A stretch of DNA of 64,000 nucleotides. Origin: an uncultured Candidatus Saccharibacteria bacterium. Lineage in GTDB: Bacteria; Patescibacteriota; Saccharimonadia; Saccharimonadales; 2-12-FULL-41-12. The stretch spans positions 71,230-135,229 of the forward strand of contig CAZNIK010000002.1 of NCBI GenBank assembly GCA_964573095.1, read 5' to 3'. Shown piece by piece: positions 7,385 through 16,220 of this stretch (position 1 is its first letter; every line of letters starts with the position of its first letter). Below the pieces are notes generated by a model, which saw only the letters and a program-made list of their open reading frames with translations, was not told where the DNA came from and searched no databases. The translations under genes were made by a program, and so were the position numbers.

Positions 7385-7779
7385 GTTTAGCAAAAATAGA
7401 CGTGGATGAGATCATGCTCATTCACGATGCAATTATTGATACAACTGGGGGAAGTAAGGGCGTGCGAGAAGCTGGCTTGCTTGAGTCAATCTGTAAAACC
7501 CCCTTTGGTAACTATTTTGGACAAGAACTTTATCCAGACCTTTTTCTAAAGGCGGCCGTTATAATGAACTCTCTTATAAATTTTCATGTTTTTTTGGATG
7601 GAAACAAGCGCACCGCCATAGCTGTTATGGAGTATTTTCTATTTAAAAACGGCTACGAATTTACTAAATCAGAGGTAGAAAAAGAAAAATTTGTCCTTTC
7701 TGCTGCGACCACCAACCCGGATTTGGCGGACATATCTCAGTGGATAAAAAAGAATGCCAGGAAGAAGGGCGGCAAATGA
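7381..7779 (+). CDS. doc: Doc toxin (Fic-fold kinase, death-on-curing family)
   Basis: 132 aa. Fic/Doc motif HVFLDGNKRTA (HxFxDGNKR). Confidence 0.9.
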   Translation: MSLAKIDVDEIMLIHDAIIDTTGGSKGVREAGLLESICKTPFGNYFGQELYPDLFLKAAVIMNSLINFHVFLDGNKRTAIAVMEYFLFKNGYEFTKSEVEKEKFVLSAATTNPDLADISQWIKKNARKKGGK

Positions 7780-8855
7780 GTCTTTCGATTGCCATTGTTG
7801 GGCTGCCGAACGTCGGTAAGTCTACCCTTTTTAACGCGTTGACCGATAACAACATTCTCGCCGCCAATTATCCGTTTGCAACCATTGAGCCAAATACTGG
7901 TGTCGTACCAATTCCCGACGGTCGACTGTTTGCACTCCAAAAAATCTATAACGCCAAAAAAGTTGTGCCTGCAACAGTTACCTTTGTCGATGTTGCTGGC
8001 TTGGTTGCCGGTGCCAGCCAGGGCGAGGGCTTGGGCAACCAGTTTTTGAGTCATATCCGAACCACCAACGCCATTTGCCAAGTCGTGCGGACATTTCACG
8101 ACGATGACGTGGTGCATGTAGAAAACCAAACGAACCCACTAAAAGATATTGAGGTGGTCAACACCGAACTGGTGCTGGCCGATCTTCAAACTGTTGAAAA
8201 ATGGTTGCCCAAATTAGAAAAAGAAGCCCGGGCCAACCCAAAACTTCGCCTTGTTGTGGACCATCTGCAAAAAATCCACCGCAGCCTTGACCAAGGTGTT
8301 CCCTTGTCAAAAAATCCAGAGCTGCTGGACGATGAACTGATTGCAGACTTACAACTGCTAACTGCAAAACCAGTGATGTATTTGTTTAATGTCGACGAGG
8401 AAACGCTCGGTAATAAAGATCGCCAGGCAGAATTGTCAAAGCTGGTGGCCCCCAACCAAGCCTTGTTTGTGTGTGCCAAGTTAGAAAATGAGCTGAAAGA
8501 TTTAGCCGAATCTGACCGTCATGAGTTGCTCGAGAGTTACGGGGTTCAACGGTCTGGCCTGGACCAAGTTGTTCATTCGGCGTACGACATCTTGGGCTTG
8601 CAAAGTTATCTCACGGCGGGAGAAAAAGAAGTGCGGGCCTGGACCATACCAAAAGGCGCCACGGCACCGCAAGCAGCGGGAGTAATCCATAGCGACTTTG
8701 AGCGAGGATTTATCTCGGCTCAAATTATGAACTACGACGATCTTGTGGCGGCTGGTTCTGAGGCGGCTGCCAAGTCGCAGGGCAAAGTCCGTACCGAAGG
8801 AAAAACCTACGTCATGCAACCGGGAGACGTTGTCGAGTTTCGTTTTAACACATAG
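7776..8855 (+). CDS. ychF: Ribosome-binding ATPase YchF (Obg-family)
   Basis: MSLSIAIVGLPNVGKSTLFNALT P-loop and a full-length YchF-like sequence. The track start at 7740 adds 12 non-conserved residues. ATG 7776 overlaps the doc TGA (ATGA). Confidence 0.95.
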   Translation: MSLSIAIVGLPNVGKSTLFNALTDNNILAANYPFATIEPNTGVVPIPDGRLFALQKIYNAKKVVPATVTFVDVAGLVAGASQGEGLGNQFLSHIRTTNAICQVVRTFHDDDVVHVENQTNPLKDIEVVNTELVLADLQTVEKWLPKLEKEARANPKLRLVVDHLQKIHRSLDQGVPLSKNPELLDDELIADLQLLTAKPVMYLFNVDEETLGNKDRQAELSKLVAPNQALFVCAKLENELKDLAESDRHELLESYGVQRSGLDQVVHSAYDILGLQSYLTAGEKEVRAWTIPKGATAPQAAGVIHSDFERGFISAQIMNYDDLVAAGSEAAAKSQGKVRTEGKTYVMQPGDVVEFRFNT

Positions 8856-8893
8856 GACTTTTCCACTTTTCCGAAAATATGAGCAATATTTAC

Positions 8894-8923
8894 TTGACAT
8901 TCTCAAGTATTTTTCGCTACACT
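8894..8923 (+). promoter_or_regulatory. Promoter TTGACA-18-TACACT, 10 nt before the ABC ATPase ATG (near-leaderless)
   Basis: ttgaca at 8894-8899, tacact at 8918-8923, ATG at 8934. No SD in between. Confidence 0.5.
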
Positions 8924-8933
8924 TTTTAGATAA

Positions 8934-9686
8934 ATGTCCGCGCTGAAAGTAAATAAACTCGCCAAAACCTACCCTTCGGGAACCAAGGCCCTCAAAGGCA
9001 TTGATCTTAACATTGCCGATGGGTCATTTTTTGGCTTGCTCGGACCAAATGGTGCTGGAAAGTCTACGTTGATCCACTGTATTATGGGGCTCGCCCTTCC
9101 CACCGCTGGAAAAGCTGAAGTTTTTGGGCACGACGTGGTAAAAGATTATCGACAAGCCCGCGCCACCGTCGGCCTCGCCCCTCAAGAAATTAATCTGGAT
9201 TGGTTTTTGACCGTCGAGGAAACGCTGGATTACCACGGCGGCTACTATGGCATGCCAAAAAAGCAACGCCGGGAGCGAATAGAGGAGCTGCTCGAGACTT
9301 TTTCTTTGACCGACAAACGAAAAGTGAATAGCCGACTGCTCTCTGGTGGCATGAAGCGCCGGGTTATTTTGGCACGGGCCATGATGCACCGACCAAAAAT
9401 GCTTATCTTGGACGAACCAACTGCCGGTGTCGACGTCGAGCTCCGACTAGAACTTTGGCAATACATGAAAAAGGTCAACCAAGAAGGCACAACCATACTT
9501 TTGACCACCCACTACATTGAAGAGGCCGAACAGCTTTGTGATAATTTGGCGCTTATTAACAATGGCAAAATCATCAAAACCGGAACCAGCGACGACCTAA
9601 AAAAGACCTACAAGAAGAAAACTCTCGAAGACGTGTACTTGCACCTCATTGGCCGTGACGAACTGACAAGGAGTGTCGAGGTATGA
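8934..9686 (+). CDS. ABC transporter ATP-binding protein (ABC-2/DrrA-like)
   Basis: Walker A GPNGAGKST, signature LSGGMKRR, Walker B LILDEPTAGVD. Confidence 0.9.
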   Translation: MSALKVNKLAKTYPSGTKALKGIDLNIADGSFFGLLGPNGAGKSTLIHCIMGLALPTAGKAEVFGHDVVKDYRQARATVGLAPQEINLDWFLTVEETLDYHGGYYGMPKKQRRERIEELLETFSLTDKRKVNSRLLSGGMKRRVILARAMMHRPKMLILDEPTAGVDVELRLELWQYMKKVNQEGTTILLTTHYIEEAEQLCDNLALINNGKIIKTGTSDDLKKTYKKKTLEDVYLHLIGRDELTRSVEV

Positions 9687-10471
9687 TGAAAGAAATGACC
9701 CGCAAACAGTCATGGATGGGTTTTTGGACGGTACTGCGCCGAGAAATGACTCGTTTTTGGATAATTAAGCGTCAAACCATTCTTGGTCCCTTGCTCGAAA
9801 CCTACCTATATATCAGCGTGTTTGGGGCGGCACTTGGCAGTCGGATAAAAGAGTTGGATGGCTATAGCTACATTATTTTTATTATTCCTGGCCTGCTGAT
9901 GATGACGTTTGCGATTAATATGTTTTCTAACAATGCATCGTCTTTGATGCAACAAAAAATTCAGCGCGCCATCGATGACCAGCTGGCTTCGCCCGTCTCG
10001 AACAGCCAACTTCTGGGCGCATTTGCACTGGGAGGATTTATTCGAGCATCGCTGATTGTAGCAATTACCTATACAACTGCGTGGATCCTGATTGACGATT
10101 TACCAATGGTTCACCCCTGGTTATTTCTGCTCAGCATGGGCCTTATTGGGTTGTTCTTTTCGATGGCGGGTGTGTTGGTTGGCTTGCGCTCAGAAAAGTT
10201 TGACGACCTCAGTTTTTATCAGACATTTGTGCTGCAACCACTGATATTTTTGGGCGGAATTTTTTACTCGGCTTCCTTGCTGCCCGAACCATTCCATACG
10301 CTGATACAAATAAATCCCTTGTACTACATGATCAATACGGTTCGCTACGCCATGCTCGGCAGCGCAGACGTTCAGCCACTGATTTCACTTAGCGCGGTCG
10401 GGATTGCCGGGCTAATTTTGCTTGCAATCAACTACAAGCTCTTTAACCGCGGCTACAAACTACGAGTTTAA
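9683..10471 (+). CDS. ABC-2 type transporter permease
   Basis: 262 aa with about 6 hydrophobic helices. ATGA-coupled to the ATPase gene. Confidence 0.8.
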   Translation: MMKEMTRKQSWMGFWTVLRREMTRFWIIKRQTILGPLLETYLYISVFGAALGSRIKELDGYSYIIFIIPGLLMMTFAINMFSNNASSLMQQKIQRAIDDQLASPVSNSQLLGAFALGGFIRASLIVAITYTTAWILIDDLPMVHPWLFLLSMGLIGLFFSMAGVLVGLRSEKFDDLSFYQTFVLQPLIFLGGIFYSASLLPEPFHTLIQINPLYYMINTVRYAMLGSADVQPLISLSAVGIAGLILLAINYKLFNRGYKLRV

Positions 10472-11430
10472 GGCAGTAAAGCTTGATCGACCGTGTGCGC
10501 AACGCTGGCAACGTCGCTCCAGCTAGCGTTTTCACTCATGATGACCACGACGTATTTCGCCGAGTTGTGCGTCACCACCGCCACGTCGTGTTTCACCGGA
10601 CCATCTTCGCCAGTTTTGTTTCCAACCAAACATTCTTCGCCGCAACCCGTCGGTATGCCCATCCGAAGTTTTTGGCCATACAGGCCGTCAAAGATCAGAC
10701 GACGAGCCTTGTCGCTGAGAATCTGGGCATTCTGAAGTCGGTAGATTAGATCGCCAACTTCGCGAGCAGTGGTTTGTTGGGCCGAGCTGCCGATCTTGGT
10801 TTTTGTAAACCCAACGTTTTGGTTATATTTGTCGATATATTGCCAACCAACGTAGTTTCCGACCGCTTCTCCGCAAAGGTTGTCAGAAACTCGTATCATG
10901 GCCGTCACGCAGTCGTTAATAGTGTGGGCTCCTAGGCGACTGTTCCAGTTTTTGGCTGGTAGTTTGTTTTCTAGCGGTGGTAGCAAAAATAATTTGTAGA
11001 GGCTGGCGGACTGCATTCGGTCGTCGGCATTAATGCTGACCATTCTCTCGGAATTTAAGTCACGAATAAACACCGACCATTTTTGATTTTTGGGCATTGA
11101 TTTTAGCTGTGATTGGACAAATCGAGACATCGACTCGTCTTCTCGGGCTTGTTTTGGTGCTTGCACAAGGTTGGTCTGCTCCGATAGCTGCTCTTTTTGA
11201 GTAATTGCTGACCCTAGTCCATCAGTTCGTTGCAAAGGTGACGCGTTGAGTTTTTGGTACACACCAAAAGCCCCGGCGGAAACAATACACACCGCCAGGA
11301 AACCACGAGCTACAGCCAGCAGGCTGGGGCGCCGCTTGGCATACACCACGCCTGCTGAGTGTTGATAATATCGAATGCGTGGGCCAATTGCGCCACGATT
11401 TTTAGTTTTCATTTTTATCTCACAAAGCAA
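10468..11430 (-). CDS. Membrane-anchored serine hydrolase, class-A beta-lactamase/PBP-like fold
   Basis: SxxK (SLYK), SDN (RVSDNLC) and KTG (GNKTGED) motifs in the correct order. N-terminal TM helix. The start may be ATG 11412. Confidence 0.7.
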   Translation of the reverse strand: MLCEIKMKTKNRGAIGPRIRYYQHSAGVVYAKRRPSLLAVARGFLAVCIVSAGAFGVYQKLNASPLQRTDGLGSAITQKEQLSEQTNLVQAPKQAREDESMSRFVQSQLKSMPKNQKWSVFIRDLNSERMVSINADDRMQSASLYKLFLLPPLENKLPAKNWNSRLGAHTINDCVTAMIRVSDNLCGEAVGNYVGWQYIDKYNQNVGFTKTKIGSSAQQTTAREVGDLIYRLQNAQILSDKARRLIFDGLYGQKLRMGIPTGCGEECLVGNKTGEDGPVKHDVAVVTHNSAKYVVVIMSENASWSDVASVAHTVDQALLP

Positions 11431-11587
11431 CCCGCTTTTTTGCGAATCGGCTTATTTTATTTTTGGTAAGTCTTTTTGGCTTTTTGCGTGTCTCTACCTA
11501 AAAACCTATCACAGACAAAGCATACTTTGCAAGAAGTTTTTTATGTATACAAACTTATTTGATTGAATTGATTATTTTTGTGCGAAG

Positions 11588-12238
11588 CTACCAGCTGTAT
11601 ACAATATTTTTCATAATCTCCACCACTGTTTTGTGGTCTGGAATTGTATTGTCATCATAATAATGGTCGGTCCCAAAATAATTCTCTAAAATTGATAAAC
11701 AAAATATTTGATCAGCCAGAATATGCATGCGGTCGGTTGCAGCAATGCTGGCAAGTGGCGTCGCGACGACGATTTTGCGAACCGCAATAGGCTTTAAATA
11801 GTCTGCGGCCACGTCGAGCGACATACCCGTCCCTAGCCCATCAGACACCAAAATCACGGCGTGCCGCTTGAGTAGAGCGCGTTTTATTTCGCCATCTTTA
11901 CCAATAATGCGGTTAATCTTTTGGAAGGCTTCCAAACTCGCCTGGTCAATAACAGAGTGATAGTCCGTCTTAAAGCTCTCGAGTTGACCGGGAGATAAAT
12001 GTGATCCATAGGTTAAGCCTTGGGTGCTCATGGTTGCGATCGGCGAGGGGTCTTCTGGAATTCGAATATCTTCGGTGGCCAGTAAAAAAAGTGCGCTATG
12101 AAGCTGTTTGGCGATTTCTGCGCCAACTACTACTGCGCCTTCGTTGAGTGCCAAGACCACATTGTTTTCCTTGGCCAGCTCGGTCATTTTTTCTGCCAGC
12201 AATGCCCCGGCCTGCGTTCGGTCTTTAAAATACTGCAT
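11588..12238 (-). CDS. Predicted phosphoribosyltransferase
   Basis: 216 aa. PRPP-binding type motif VILVSDGLGTGMS. Confidence 0.7.
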   Translation of the reverse strand: MQYFKDRTQAGALLAEKMTELAKENNVVLALNEGAVVVGAEIAKQLHSALFLLATEDIRIPEDPSPIATMSTQGLTYGSHLSPGQLESFKTDYHSVIDQASLEAFQKINRIIGKDGEIKRALLKRHAVILVSDGLGTGMSLDVAADYLKPIAVRKIVVATPLASIAATDRMHILADQIFCLSILENYFGTDHYYDDNTIPDHKTVVEIMKNIVYSW

Positions 12239-12253
12239 GAGTTTCTAAAACCA

Positions 12254-12262
12254 AGTGTAGCA
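12254..12262 (-). promoter_or_regulatory. Extended -10 element TGcTACACT, 15 nt upstream of the phosphoribosyltransferase ATG
   Basis: Minus strand reads tgctacact. It lies just downstream of the tlyA stop. No SD. Confidence 0.35.
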
Positions 12263-12273
12263 AACCCCCGCCG

Positions 12274-12993
12274 TTATTTGAGCAAAGTGAGTACATAGAA
12301 CCGCTCGGTGTTTCCTTTTTCTCCAGATACTTTGCTGTCGGCTTTGTCACGAATTTTGTAAATATCTTTTACCCAGGCCTCGAACTCCTTAAACACCGCT
12401 CGACGAAGTGACTCATTTTTGATCACTCCCTTGTGTTTGGTCTGCTCGCCAACTTCAAACTGGGGTTTTACCATCGCCACCACAACCGTCTGAACAGAGA
12501 TAAGTTCCGGGAGATGACGCAGAATTTCTCTAATACTAATAAAAGACACGTCGATAAGCACCACATCGACAGGTGCCGAGGTGTGCTTGACCTCACGGAT
12601 ATCAGTTTGTTCATGGAGCTCAATGCGTAAGTCTGATCGCAGCGTTGGGTGTAATTGATTGGTACCGACATCGACGGCAATCACCTTCTTTGCCCCGTTT
12701 AGAAGCGCAAACTGAGTAAAGCCTCCTGTGCTGCTGCCCACATCGAGTACGGTTTTGTCGGTAAAATCCAAGCGCAAGCTATCTGCCACCGACGCCAGCT
12801 TGAGCCCGGCCCGCGATACATACTGGGTCGCGACGTCTACACGAATTTCTGCCTGCGGCTGCACAAAAATACCCGGCTTGGTCGCCACTTGTCCATTAAG
12901 TCTTACTTTTCCGAGGCGAACATAACTTTCGGCCTGGCTACGCGTGCGAACCAACCCGCGCTGCACCATTAACGCATCGAGCCGAGCTTTCAT
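12274..12993 (-). CDS. tlyA: TlyA-family 16S/23S rRNA (cytidine-2'-O)-methyltransferase
   Basis: S4-like N-terminus (MKARLDALMVQRGLVRTRSQAESYVRLGKVRLNG) and SAM motif VLDVGSSTGGFT. The track start at 13041 overlaps efp, so ATG 12993 is preferred. Confidence 0.85.
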   Translation of the reverse strand: MKARLDALMVQRGLVRTRSQAESYVRLGKVRLNGQVATKPGIFVQPQAEIRVDVATQYVSRAGLKLASVADSLRLDFTDKTVLDVGSSTGGFTQFALLNGAKKVIAVDVGTNQLHPTLRSDLRIELHEQTDIREVKHTSAPVDVVLIDVSFISIREILRHLPELISVQTVVVAMVKPQFEVGEQTKHKGVIKNESLRRAVFKEFEAWVKDIYKIRDKADSKVSGEKGNTERFYVLTLLK

Positions 12994-12997
12994 TGAC

Positions 12998-13564
12998 CTA
13001 ATCCTTTTTGCGTTCACGATACGCACCCGTCGTCGTATCAACGCTTATCACATCGCCAGTTTTAATAAAAGCTGGCACTTTGACAATTGCCCCCGTTTCT
13101 AAAGTTGCGTCCTTGGTAATCGAGGAGCTGGTGTCGCCCTTGACGGCATCTTCGGCATACGTCACCTCGAGATAGACATTTTTGGGCAGTTCAACGTTAA
13201 TAATTTGGTTGTTAAAGATTTGAACTTGAACTCTATCGCCATCCCTCAGATATGCGTGTTGATCGCCAACAATCTCCTCGGCCACCTCGTGCTGCTCAAA
13301 ATTTTCTTCGTTCATAAAGTAAAAAGTCGAACCCTCACGATACAAATACTGGGCGTTGGCATTGGTCACGTCAGCCGAGTCTAGTTGATCATTGCCCTTA
13401 AAAGTTTTGTCGAGCACCCGACCGTCAATAAGGCTTTTGATCTTCACGTTGACGATTGAACCGCCACGCCCCATAACCTTTTGACCATATTCAATTACTC
13501 GATATGGCGTGCCTTCGAGTTGAAAGATGGTACCTTTTTTTAGTTCGGTAATAGAAAATGCCAT
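12998..13564 (-). CDS. efp: Elongation factor P
   Basis: MAFSITELKKGTIFQLEGTPYRVIEYGQKVMGRGGS... aligns gap-free to E. coli EF-P. The track start at 13618 adds 18 residues. Confidence 0.95.
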   Translation of the reverse strand: MAFSITELKKGTIFQLEGTPYRVIEYGQKVMGRGGSIVNVKIKSLIDGRVLDKTFKGNDQLDSADVTNANAQYLYREGSTFYFMNEENFEQHEVAEEIVGDQHAYLRDGDRVQVQIFNNQIINVELPKNVYLEVTYAEDAVKGDTSSSITKDATLETGAIVKVPAFIKTGDVISVDTTTGAYRERKKD

Positions 13565-13572
13565 AAAAAAAT

Positions 13573-13890
13573 TTAGTAAGGATAAAACTCTCGGACCTTC
13601 CCGCTTAGTTCTATACAATCTTTCATGAACCTGTCAGTGTGCCGGAAATCCATAATTTGGTCGCCATGACCGCGAATTTGACCCAACGCACCCATAACAC
13701 CTTGAATTCTTTGCTCGATGTTGATCCTGTGTCGCTTTACCTTGACATCAGTCACCAACTGCTCAATTTCTTTGAGCAACTGCCGACCATAAGGGTGCTG
13801 GGCATCATCAATCAGATCGTGAATGTGATCTCTCAATCTGTCGACACGCTGGACAATCTCCAAATGATCCTTGCTCATCGTACTTACCAT
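13573..13890 (-). CDS. Hypothetical helical protein
   Basis: Track ORF, 105 aa. Sits in an operon position between rpsR and efp. No motif recognised. Confidence 0.5.
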   Translation of the reverse strand: MVSTMSKDHLEIVQRVDRLRDHIHDLIDDAQHPYGRQLLKEIEQLVTDVKVKRHRINIEQRIQGVMGALGQIRGHGDQIMDFRHTDRFMKDCIELSGKVREFYPY

Positions 13891-13934
13891 GTTAGTACCA
13901 AAGTGATGAAATGAAAACTTTCTCGGTGGTAGGC

Positions 13935-14138
13935 TTAGTTGTGCGCCACGAACGGCAACAGTGCGAGATGTCGCGCTCGCTTGATCGCTCGCGCGAGTCG
14001 CTTTTGCTCCGTCTCGCTTAGGCCGGTTTTTTTTCTGGTCTCGATTTGTCCATATTGATTGACGTAGCGCTGCAAGGTTTTTACGTCCTTGTAGTCAAAA
14101 TACGGTACATCGATTCGGTGCTTAAAAATTTTTGCCAT
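13935..14138 (-). CDS. rpsR: 30S ribosomal protein S18
   Basis: 67 aa. ...[42 protein letters not shown]. Confidence 0.95.
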   Translation of the reverse strand: MAKIFKHRIDVPYFDYKDVKTLQRYVNQYGQIETRKKTGLSETEQKRLARAIKRARHLALLPFVAHN

Positions 14139-14223
14139 AAATTTCGGTTTACTCCATTAGTTAATTATTATTCAAGTCCTCACGCTCGTTTGGAATATCA
14201 AACAAGCTGTAGACTTATTTTTA

Positions 14224-14682
14224 CTAAAACGGGATGTCATCAAGGTTGATTGGTTCGTCGCCAATGTCTTCGACCACAACGTCTTTTTTCTTTTTTGTGC
14301 TTTTTGTCGGTTCAACGTCAGCTTGAGCTGAACTAGAACTATCGGTCTCGCCTCGGCTGCCCAAAAATGTAACATCTTGAGCGTTTACTTCGACTTTGCT
14401 TCTTTTTTGACCATCTTGTTCCCATGAACGACTCTGCAGGCGACCGCTAACCAACACTGGTCGGCCTTTTGTAACATACTGTGCTACTCGTTCACCAAGT
14501 GGCCCCCACGCAACAACATCAATGTAGTCAACCGCCTCTTGCCACTCACCGTCACTGCCTTTGTAGCTTCGGTTGAGTGCAAGACTAAACGTACATACAC
14601 TTTGTCCACTTGGAATTTGTCGTAACTCTGGGTCTCTCGTAAGATTGCCCATGAGTATTACTTGATTAAAGCTTCGTGCCAT
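14224..14682 (-). CDS. ssb: Single-stranded DNA-binding protein
   Basis: OB-fold N-terminus (NQVILMGNLTRDPELR) and acidic C-terminal tip DDIPF. Confidence 0.95.
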   Translation of the reverse strand: MARSFNQVILMGNLTRDPELRQIPSGQSVCTFSLALNRSYKGSDGEWQEAVDYIDVVAWGPLGERVAQYVTKGRPVLVSGRLQSRSWEQDGQKRSKVEVNAQDVTFLGSRGETDSSSSAQADVEPTKSTKKKKDVVVEDIGDEPINLDDIPF

Positions 14683-14704
14683 TGTAGTAATCCCCTCTTA
14701 ATTC

Positions 14705-15082
14705 TTACTCTTCTTCAGTTGCTTCATCTGATTTTTCACCCCTCACCGCCGCCTTTTTGGCCTTTTCTTCACGAATAGCTTCGGCCTTGGCAATTGCTTT
14801 TAGATCTGGTCGGCTGACAAGATAACGTATAACCTCGTCAGTGATATTTAGTGTTGTCTCCACTTTTTTTACTGCCTCTGGCGGCAATTCTGCCGTATAA
14901 AAAACATAGACCGCGTAGTCGTGCTTTTGAATCTGATAAGCCAGCTTCTTTTTGCCCCAATTATCAGTCTTAAGGACCTTGCCACCATTATCTTTGATGA
15001 TTTTGTCGATTTTTTTTGAAACTTTTTCCAGATCTGCTTCCGAGTCTGGATGGAAAAGTATTGCTACTTCATATTGATTCAA
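14705..15082 (-). CDS. rpsF: 30S ribosomal protein S6
   Basis: MNQYEVAILFHPD... with an acidic C-terminal tail. Canonical rpsF-ssb-rpsR order. Confidence 0.9.
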   Translation of the reverse strand: MNQYEVAILFHPDSEADLEKVSKKIDKIIKDNGGKVLKTDNWGKKKLAYQIQKHDYAVYVFYTAELPPEAVKKVETTLNITDEVIRYLVSRPDLKAIAKAEAIREEKAKKAAVRGEKSDEATEEE

Positions 15083-15164
15083 AGAATCCTCCTTTGGTTA
15101 CTGCCCATACGCTGTCGTGCCAGTCTTTTGGCACCGCTATGAACTGAGTTATTAGTGGTGCCTA

Positions 15165-15395
15165 TTATACGTTAGTTACCCCTGTTTGTAAAGCGTTGAG
15201 TTGTTTTGTCACGTTGTTTCGAAAATAGCCAAAGGCATAGGCTTTTACCATCTTGCGGGCAACTTCGTGGAACGTAAAGGTGCGATCATCTGGAATGAGA
15301 CCTTCCTTTTTATACACTCGGTGCTTGTTGTGCAGCTCAACCTCATTGACGCTGTCGCTAAGCGCAATTGAAAGCATCGATTGGGCCATTTTCAT
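15165..15395 (-). CDS. Hypothetical small protein
   Basis: Track ORF, 76 aa, 2 nt downstream of the 15398-15958 gene. No motif recognised. Confidence 0.4.
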   Translation of the reverse strand: MKMAQSMLSIALSDSVNEVELHNKHRVYKKEGLIPDDRTFTFHEVARKMVKAYAFGYFRNNVTKQLNALQTGVTNV

Positions 15396-15397
15396 TT

Positions 15398-15958
15398 TTA
15401 TTCGTGCTCGGTGTTGCGGCTCAGAAATTCGTCGATATCAAACTGATCAACGATATGTTCGAGTCCCTTTTTGGTCGCAAAATGAGAGATAAACTTGCTG
15501 ACTTTCTGCTTTGATTCAACCCGAGTTGCACTGGCAATCCTCTGATGCTGCCGATCATTTAGATCTACTTCCACCCACTCTGTGTCGTTTGAAATTTTGA
15601 GGGCTTTTCTTGGCATTAGCCCCGCCGCCGCAATGACGGTAAGCCGAAACTTCTCATCTTCATCATAAGGAAGAACTGGCCCATCAAAAATCCTATGATA
15701 GCCAAGATGGTGAACACCGTATGGCACCCGTTGTATTCGCGACTTTCTGAGTGCAATGCCCCCAGTATCTTGAAGATATGGATGACTTTCCCTATGAAAG
15801 GCGTGGTGCCTATCTGGATGTCTAAAATTTAAAAGAGCTCCGTCTTCACGGAGCTCTTCTGGAAGGATCGGCAGCGGCAATCCTGTCATCTCACATACCG
15901 GAGTGATGGTTTCTGCCGCCACAATTTGTCCTTCCTTTTTGCAGTGTTTGTTACACAT
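15398..15958 (-). CDS. Hypothetical His-rich protein
   Basis: Track ORF, 186 aa. AGGAG lies 9 nt upstream of the ATG. His-rich stretch FRHPDRHHAFHRESHP...VHHLGYHRIF. No family recognised. Confidence 0.55.
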   Translation of the reverse strand: MCNKHCKKEGQIVAAETITPVCEMTGLPLPILPEELREDGALLNFRHPDRHHAFHRESHPYLQDTGGIALRKSRIQRVPYGVHHLGYHRIFDGPVLPYDEDEKFRLTVIAAAGLMPRKALKISNDTEWVEVDLNDRQHQRIASATRVESKQKVSKFISHFATKKGLEHIVDQFDIDEFLSRNTEHE

Positions 15959-16220
15959 TTTAATATGCTCCTGAACAAAATTTTTGTCAACGTATACGCT
16001 TGGTTTTTTGTATTTTAATCTTCGCTTTTTATGGCATCAGTTAGCAAAATTTCGAACTAAGGCCTGCGGCCTACACCTGACGGACCAGTGTATTTCTATC
16101 TATAATCTGCCAAAAAACAATCCATATGAATAGCAATGTTGCACTAAGCACAACAAAAAATGATTCTACATATTGAACACCAAATTGAACCCTAATTATT
16201 TGGTAATTGTGGTTGGCGCT

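Noticed and set aside
7740-7775. Long N-terminal extensions given by the track for ychF (7740), tlyA (13041), efp (13618), rpsO (25246), purA (25220), mutM (32876), tsaD (55602), valS (56724), the groEL-proximal membrane ORF (50454) and 41092
   Set aside because: The extensions are not part of the conserved N-termini (for example MSLSIAIVGLPNVGKS, MPELPEVE, MKILGIESSCDE). They overlap neighbouring genes, promoters or a terminator. Internal ATGs fit SD or leaderless-promoter geometry.
15961-15990. TTGACA-17-CATATT upstream of the 15958 gene as a leaderless promoter
   Set aside because: The -10 candidate ends only 3 nt before the ATG, which is too close for a TSS at or before the start. An AGGAG 9 nt upstream indicates SD-led initiation from a more distal promoter.
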